A program made the translations under genes and the position numbers. Under the pieces are notes generated by a model. It was not told the origin of the DNA. It saw nothing but the letters and a program-made list of their open reading frames with translations, and made no database searches. DNA of 64,000 bases from assembly GCA_965205535.1 (NCBI GenBank), contig CBDBHH010000005.1:266712-330711 (forward strand). The letters run 5' to 3'. Positions within the stretch are counted from its first letter, which is position 1; each line of letters opens with the position of its first letter. Source of the DNA: Alphaproteobacteria bacterium. Lineage in GTDB: Bacteria > Pseudomonadota > Alphaproteobacteria > UBA6615. Shown one piece after another: positions 58,579-64,000 of this stretch.

Positions 58579-61350
58579 CTATGCTTTTCTCTTTTGTCTG
58601 GTTGTTTTGGCCTCTGCGGTCATTTTGGTGTAAAGCTCGAACAGCTTTTCCAGCCGTTCGGTGTCATTGCGAAATCGTCTGCCGATATAGATGCGTTCAA
58701 GCACTTCGTCGTTGCGCTCATGCGCAGCGCGCAGGTTTTCGGGCATGGCGTCGGGTTTGTAGAGGTCCGCGATGGTGGCGGGGAAATGCGCCTCACGGGC
58801 CAAGAGGATGTCCTCTGCGCAGCGGGTCAGATCGGCGCGGTTTTTCTCGGTCAGTCTGGGGACGGGAAAGGTGTTCCAGCCGAGGGTGTTGGAATAGCGA
58901 TATCGGGTTTCCAACTTGCCACAGACCGTGGCGATCCAGACCAGATGAATGCGCGATGCGATCAGCGCCATGTTCCACAGTGGCGCGTCGTAGAGGGCGA
59001 AGGCGAGGTTTGAGACAATGGTCCCTCTTTCAGAATACCCACACGGCAAGAACTGACGTGTTTCAGAAGAAACACTCGGCACAATCATAACGGTTTCCGA
59101 GCCGCTCTGCCGCAGTTCTCCAAACTTGTGAGGTCGTTTTGCTGCATCTCTTGTTGCTTGCTTGGTACTGGCCAGACGCATTTGCTTCACAGCTTCAATT
59201 CTAGAAGCCAATTGAGGGGATTGCCCAACCCATTCGGCATCATCATCACCAATCCACAGACAGAAGCGTTCATTGCCTCTGATAAACTCCGATGATCCAT
59301 ATATTTTACGAACGATCTTCTTATACTGTTCATCAGTAAGTGCCAGCGCTGTGATCTCAGCCGGCTCAAGAAGGAGATTTCCTCCATCTGTGGGCTGATT
59401 GCCTTTTGTCATTTCAGAAATTATCGAAATTGGCTTCGAACACTTTAGGACTTCAACATTCGGCGCGCCCACCAAATAGGCGTTGATGTTCTCGACCTCT
59501 TTCATCACCGCCTCATTTTCGACATTCAGGCTATAGAGCCTGCGCGTCTGGTTCGTCATGTTCGACACCGCAATAATCGCCACGGTGACGCCCGCATTGT
59601 GGCTGGCAAGGTTGGCCCATTTAAACGATGTATGGGCAAAGCTGATATGGTGGCCGGTGGCAAAGATCGCGGGCCAGAGGATCGGCACCTGCTGTCCCTG
59701 ACAGATCGAATTGGTGGACACAAAGGCCGCGCTTGAATTGGTGTGCAGCCCAAAATCAGCAGCCTTCATGAACCAGCCCGCGACATAATCCAGTGTCTTC
59801 CAGTTCTTGACCCGCCCATCAAAGATCGCCTTCAGGTCTTCCTTCTGTTCCGTGCTTTGCCATTGGCTGCCAAGATACGGTGGATTACCGCAAATATAGG
59901 TCTCACCCCCTTCATTCTCAAAGTCGATCTCGGCTTGATCAACAGGTGTCATGAAAAGATCATCGCCATGCACCTTCACACCCGTTCCCGTGGGTGGGCA
60001 GATGCTCAACCAATCTACCCGCAAGGCATTACCACAGGTGATCCAGTTCATCGCATCCAGTGGCAAGAATTCGGCCAAGGCTTCCTTCTGGCCGCGATAG
60101 GTCACGTCACACTGATACTCGGCAATAATCAAAGCCAGCCGGGCAATTTCAGCGGGGAAGTCGCGCAGATCAATTCCCCGAAAATTAGTCAGTGGAATCT
60201 CGGTGTGCCGGTCGCCTTCACCGCGCCTTTTGTTGATTTCGGCCTCGATCTCCCGCATTTCCTTGTAGGCAATGACAAGGAAATTTCCTGATCCGCAGGC
60301 GGGATCAAATACCCTGATCTTGGCCATGCGGTTGCGCAGGTTCAGCAGCTTGCGGAGATTATCTTCTGCCTCTTCCAGCTTCTCGCGCAGGTCATCAAGA
60401 AACAGGGGATTGAGCACCTTCAGAATGTTCGGAACGCTCGTGTAGTGCATCCCCAAAGCCCCGCGCTCATCCTCATCGGCCACGGCCTGGATCATCGAGC
60501 CAAAAATATCGGGGTTGATTTTTGTCCAGTCCAGATTGCCGATATGCAGCAGGTAGGATCAGGCAATCTTGCTGAAGCGCGGCACGTCTGTTCCGTCTGA
60601 AAACAGGCCGCCATTCACATAGGGGAAGTCCTTTGCCCAACGAGCAATTCCGGCGGTGTCAAAGTCTTCAGCCCGCGTGTTCATCGAGCGGAAAATCTCG
60701 CTGATCACTTCATGGGTGTTCGAGCTATCCGGGGCGCTCATCTTCTCGATGGTGCATGTGAACAGGTCGGCCTTGCCGAAAATGTCGGTGTCTTCGGCAA
60801 AGAAACAGAAAATCAGCCGCGCCATGAAGTGGTTCATGTCGTGGCGGCGTTCTGCCTGCCCCCATTCGGGATTGTCTTTCAGCAGCTCCACATAGAGCCG
60901 GTTCAGGTGTCCGGTTGCCTTGATGTCGAAGGCATTGTCGCGGATTTGCTTGACGGTCGAGATTCCGGCCAGGGGCAGGAAAAAACCAAAGTGATCGGGG
61001 AAGTCGGGAAAATCACAGACAATGACTTCACCGCTATTCAGGTCTTCAGCCGAAAAATCGCTGCCGTCCGTTGCCAGCACAAATTTGGCCTTGGCCTTTG
61101 TGGTGGCGGGGCTTGCCTTCAGCTCGGCAAGGGTCTCGGCAACCTTGCCAGCAGGCGCGGCCTTGATATGGATATTGTTGGTCTGCAACACGCCTCCCAC
61201 ATCGGAGCGGTTGGACGTGCCTTTGCGCAGGCGCTTCAGGGTCGTCGGCTTGTTGCCGAATGCCTGAAGGAAGGCAAAGGCGAATTCTTTCGGCGCGAAT
61301 GGCTCGGCGGCAAGATTTGAGATTGCTTCTTCGATCTCGACGGCGTTCAT
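58579..61350 (-). pseudogene. MmeI-family type IIG restriction-modification enzyme (N-terminal endonuclease, then gamma-class N6-adenine MTase, then TRD) interrupted by an in-frame TGA at 60559..60561
   Basis: ORF 61350..60559 carries the MmeI-like nuclease/helical region (RLIFCFFAEDTDIFGK, FPYVNGGLF) and ends at ...PRFSKIA*. The same frame continues as SYLLHIGNLDWTKINPDIFGSMIQAV- into ORF 60495..58579, which carries MTase motifs I (FDPACGSGNFL) and IV (NPPY). Confidence 0.75.
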
Positions 61351-62432
61351 GTGCGCCCCTCGTCATTCGTCTCGCGTGTTCCCATTGGCAGGCCATACCA
61401 GATGGCTCGGCCTGCGCCATGCCGGACAAGCATTCCCTTGTCCATCAGGCTGCGGAATGTGGCTTTCAGGGTGTTCGGGCTGGCTCCGTGCTCCCGCACC
61501 ATGTCGCGGTTTGTAACGCGGCCATGCTGGCGGGCATAGTCCAGGATCATGACGGCCAGCTCTGGCAATTCAGCAAGGGCGCGTTCCTCGCGCTCTATCT
61601 TGTCGGCCAGGCGGCGCTTCTGGTGCTGCAAGGATCGCATGAAAAACAGCAGCCAGGGCTGCCAGTCCGGGGCATCGCTGCGGATGGTTGCCTGTGTCTG
61701 GCGCAAGGCCAGATAGTAGCCTTCCTTGCTGTGCTCGATCACGCTCTCAAGGGATGAATAGGGGACATAGGCATAGCCTGCCTGCAACAGCAGCAGGGTT
61801 GTGAGGACACGGCTCAAGCGTCCGTTTCCATCCTGAAAGGGATGGATTTCAAGGAATACCACGGTGAAGACAGCGACGATCAGCAGGGGGTGCAGGCGCT
61901 TCAGCTCTCGCGCCTCATTCAGCCATTGCAGCAGCTCCGTCATGCGCTGCGGCGTATCGAAGGGGGTGGCGGTTTCAAAGACGATCCCGACCATTTTGCC
62001 GGATGCGTCGAAGGCTCCCACGTCATTGCGCCCGGTCTTGTATTCGCCCCGGTGGCGTTCGTCTTTGGCGCCGTAACGCAGCAAGTCGCGGTGAAGCTGT
62101 TTGATGTGGTTTTCCGTGATGGGAATGTCCTGCCATGCCTGAAACACGGTCTCCATGACCTCGGCATAGCCTGCAACTTCCTGCTCGTCACGGCTATCGA
62201 ATTTCTTGATGTCCAGCTTGCCCAGCAGCTCTTCCACCTCACGATCAGACAGCTTGCTGCCCTCGATGCGGGTGGATGATCCGATGCTCTCGATCATCGC
62301 CACACGGCGAAGGGCTTGCAGCCGTTCCGGCGCAAGCGTTCCAAGAGCCCGCCATGCGCCCTTAAACTCGTCTATTTCGGAGAGAAGGGACAGTAATCCG
62401 GGTGTGATCTGAATCGTTTCGGTCTGAATCAT
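61347..62432 (-). CDS. Fic-family protein (AMPylation-type catalytic motif) with C-terminal winged-helix region
   Basis: Canonical HPFQDGNGRLSR motif; 361 aa; overlaps the MmeI-like gene start by 4 nt. Confidence 0.85.
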   Translation of the reverse strand: MIQTETIQITPGLLSLLSEIDEFKGAWRALGTLAPERLQALRRVAMIESIGSSTRIEGSKLSDREVEELLGKLDIKKFDSRDEQEVAGYAEVMETVFQAWQDIPITENHIKQLHRDLLRYGAKDERHRGEYKTGRNDVGAFDASGKMVGIVFETATPFDTPQRMTELLQWLNEARELKRLHPLLIVAVFTVVFLEIHPFQDGNGRLSRVLTTLLLLQAGYAYVPYSSLESVIEHSKEGYYLALRQTQATIRSDAPDWQPWLLFFMRSLQHQKRRLADKIEREERALAELPELAVMILDYARQHGRVTNRDMVREHGASPNTLKATFRSLMDKGMLVRHGAGRAIWYGLPMGTRETNDEGRT

Positions 62433-62435
62433 ACC

Positions 62436-62495
62436 CGTAAATATACCGGATTATGCCGGATTGTAAACCGGAATAATTGCCGGATTATACCCGAT
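62436..62495. promoter_or_regulatory. array of 4-5 direct repeats of [T/C]ATAATCCGG-like sequence upstream of the Fic gene (candidate operator/promoter)
   Basis: Minus-strand reading: cataatcggg tataatccgg caattattccgg tttacaatccgg cataatccgg; spacing about 10-12 bp. Confidence 0.4.
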
Positions 62496-62674
62496 TATGC
62501 AGCCTCGGCGCTTTCCAGTGGTTTTTCACAGTCGCCGCAAAGCAATCTTGCGGATGGTTTTGCCCAGGCATTGAGGCCGCAACCGGCGCACTGAAACTTG
62601 ATCCGGCCCTTCGGCTTCACCGGGGCAGGGGTGGTCTCGCCTTCGGCTTCGCCCTGATCGGCGTTTTTATTATT

Positions 62675-62801
62675 CGCAATCAGTAGTTAGGGGCTTCAAT
62701 CCAGTGCCATGGGCAGGACCGGCTGTTCCGGCCGCCCCGCCACCGCGCCGGGAATCGTGAACCGCCTGCCGCCGAATATATCGGCGACGGTCAGCATCTG
62801 C
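62675..62801. repeat. 127-bp direct repeat, copy 2 (right boundary of the island)
   Basis: See copy 1. Confidence 0.8.
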
Positions 62802-62960
62802 ATCCGCGCATATTGCACGCCGCCCACATCGAGGTCTCCCGCCGCCGCCATCTCGCGCCGGAAGTTGGCCGCCTTCCGCGCCCCGAGCTCCTCCATCACG
62901 ATCAGCCCGGCCATGGGTGCGTCCTCACGTTCCAGCACCCCGCGCAGGTCCCGCACCACG

Positions 62961-64000
62961 CCGATGATCATCACCGCCGGCCAGCAGGAGACGGGCCACG
63001 GCCTGACCGAGCCGCTGCTCTATGACCCGCTCGCCCCCATCGCAACACCGGTGGTGAAGTGGGCGACGGAGGTGACCCGGCTGGAAGATTTGCCGCGCAT
63101 CATGCGACGTGCCGGCAAGGTGGCGATGACCGCCCCGACGGGGCCGGTGTTCATCTCGCTGCCCGGTGACGTGCTGAACGACCGCAAGGGCATCGATCTG
63201 GGATCGCGCACCCGCGTCGACACCGCCATGCGACCGTCCGATGCGGGTCTGGAAGCGCTGGCCGACCGTCTGCTCGCCGCGAAACGACCCGCGATCCTGG
63301 CCGGCAACGAGGTGGTGACGTCCGACGCATTGGCAGAGGTTGCGCGGTTTGCGGAAGTCCTGGGCGCGCCAGCGTTTCAGCAAACCACGGCCTATGGTTC
63401 GTTTTTCCCGTCCGAACATCCGGCCTTCATGGGCGCCCTGTCGCGAAACCAGAAGGAGGTTCGCGGGATTCTCGAAGACTATGACCTGCTGGTCGTGGTC
63501 GGGGCGGATGTCTTGCGCATGTCGGTGATGAGCGAGACCGAACCTCTGCCCGACGGCATGCCGATCGTCCAGATCGGCCTGTTCGATTGGGATATGGGCA
63601 AGAATTATCCCGCCGACACGGCCGTGCGCGGCGACGTGCGCGAGACCCTCGCAGTGCTGAACCCGGTGATCGAGGGGCGGACCGACCATGCGGACACGGC
63701 CAAAGCCCGCCTCGCGGCGGTGGCCGACAGCAACTGGTCGGCGAAGCGCGCGCGACGCGCCGTCGAGCTGGCCGCTGATGCCGAGGTAACGCCGATCCGG
63801 TCGGACTGGTTGATGATGACCATCGCCGACACGCTTCCCGACGGTGCGATCACGGTCAACGAAGGCCTGACCACGACCTGGAACCTGCTCCAGTATCTGC
63901 CGTTGCGCGATCGCTACGACTTCCATTCCTTCGCCAGCGGCGGCATCGGCTGGGCCCTGCCCGCGGCCGTGGGCGTACAGATCGCCCAGCCCGACCGCCC
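62961..64000 (+). pseudogene. thiamine-diphosphate-dependent enzyme of the benzoylformate decarboxylase / acetolactate synthase family, 5'-truncated (N-terminal Pyr domain absent), running off the window end
   Basis: In-frame translation from 62961 gives PMIITAGQQETGHGLTEPLLYDPL...VKWATEVTRLEDLP...GPVFISLPGDVL ... GGIGWALPAAVGVQIAQPDR, matching BFD-like central and ThDP-binding domains. None of the three plus frames upstream encodes the expected N-terminal about 170 aa. Confidence 0.6.

Larger units (their letters stand above)
52347..62801. mobile_element. about 10.4-kb genomic island of visibly lower GC content, flanked by 127-bp direct repeats; carries a degraded recombinase plus restriction/abortive-infection-type cargo
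   Basis: Direct repeats read from the sequence; cargo genes are AT-richer than the flanks; the recombinase gene sits at the left end; the right flank is a 5'-truncated metabolic gene. Confidence 0.5.

Noticed and set aside
58579-61350. Possibility that the MmeI-like methyltransferase marks a BREX (PglX) system
   Set aside because: No BrxA/BrxB/BrxC, PglZ or BrxL-like genes are present in the island; the neighbours are a helicase, a T5orf172 protein, an AAA_13 ATPase and Fic, so a stand-alone MmeI-type IIG enzyme is the better fit.
62696-62974. 92-aa minus-strand ORF spanning the right direct repeat (MMIIGVVRDLRG...PEQPVLPMALD)
   Set aside because: No recognisable motif; it is read from the repeat in a different frame from the resolvase C-terminus in copy 1 and may be fortuitous. 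Left unannotated, with only weak resemblance to a recombinase C-terminus.

Overview
This is a high-GC (~65%) chromosomal segment that looks alphaproteobacterial (fabI-aroC adjacency, xseB-ispA-dxs operon, rlmD, tlyA, pdxH). About 55 protein-coding genes are packed on both strands, and no rRNA, tRNA or CRISPR array was found. Four regions stand out.

1. The hyuA/hyuB hydantoinase/oxoprolinase locus (11.3-15.7 kb) appears decayed. hyuB carries a 1-nt frameshift, and a frameshifted alpha/beta-hydrolase is fused in frame to an N-terminally truncated hyuA.

2. An RND efflux operon (23.9-28.7 kb) has a periplasmic adaptor subunit with an internally duplicated N-terminal extension carrying four EF-hand-like calcium-binding loops.

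3. A putative cyclic-nucleotide signalling neighbourhood (28.7-35.7 kb) contains a Crp-family regulator, a TPR plus beta-barrel outer-membrane protein, a CHASE2-sensor class III nucleotidyl cyclase and a secreted FecR-domain protein. It is decorated with three copies of a CRP-like box (TGTGA-N6-TCACT), two of them tandem in the divergent cyclase/FecR promoter region.

4. A lower-GC island of about 10.4 kb (52.35-62.8 kb) is bracketed by 127-bp imperfect direct repeats. It carries a frameshifted serine recombinase, an AAA_13 ATPase (RloC/PrrC-like, possibly an anticodon nuclease), a T5orf172/GIY-YIG-like protein and a DEAD/DEAH helicase. It also carries an MmeI-family type IIG restriction-modification enzyme split by one in-frame TGA, a Fic protein and a repeat-rich operator-like region. 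The island abuts a 5'-truncated benzoylformate-decarboxylase-like ThDP enzyme gene.

At least five apparent frameshifts or premature stops occur in the window. They are either genuine pseudogenes or assembly indels, and should be checked against reads before biological conclusions are drawn. All calls rest on reading the translated ORFs and the DNA directly; no database search was run.
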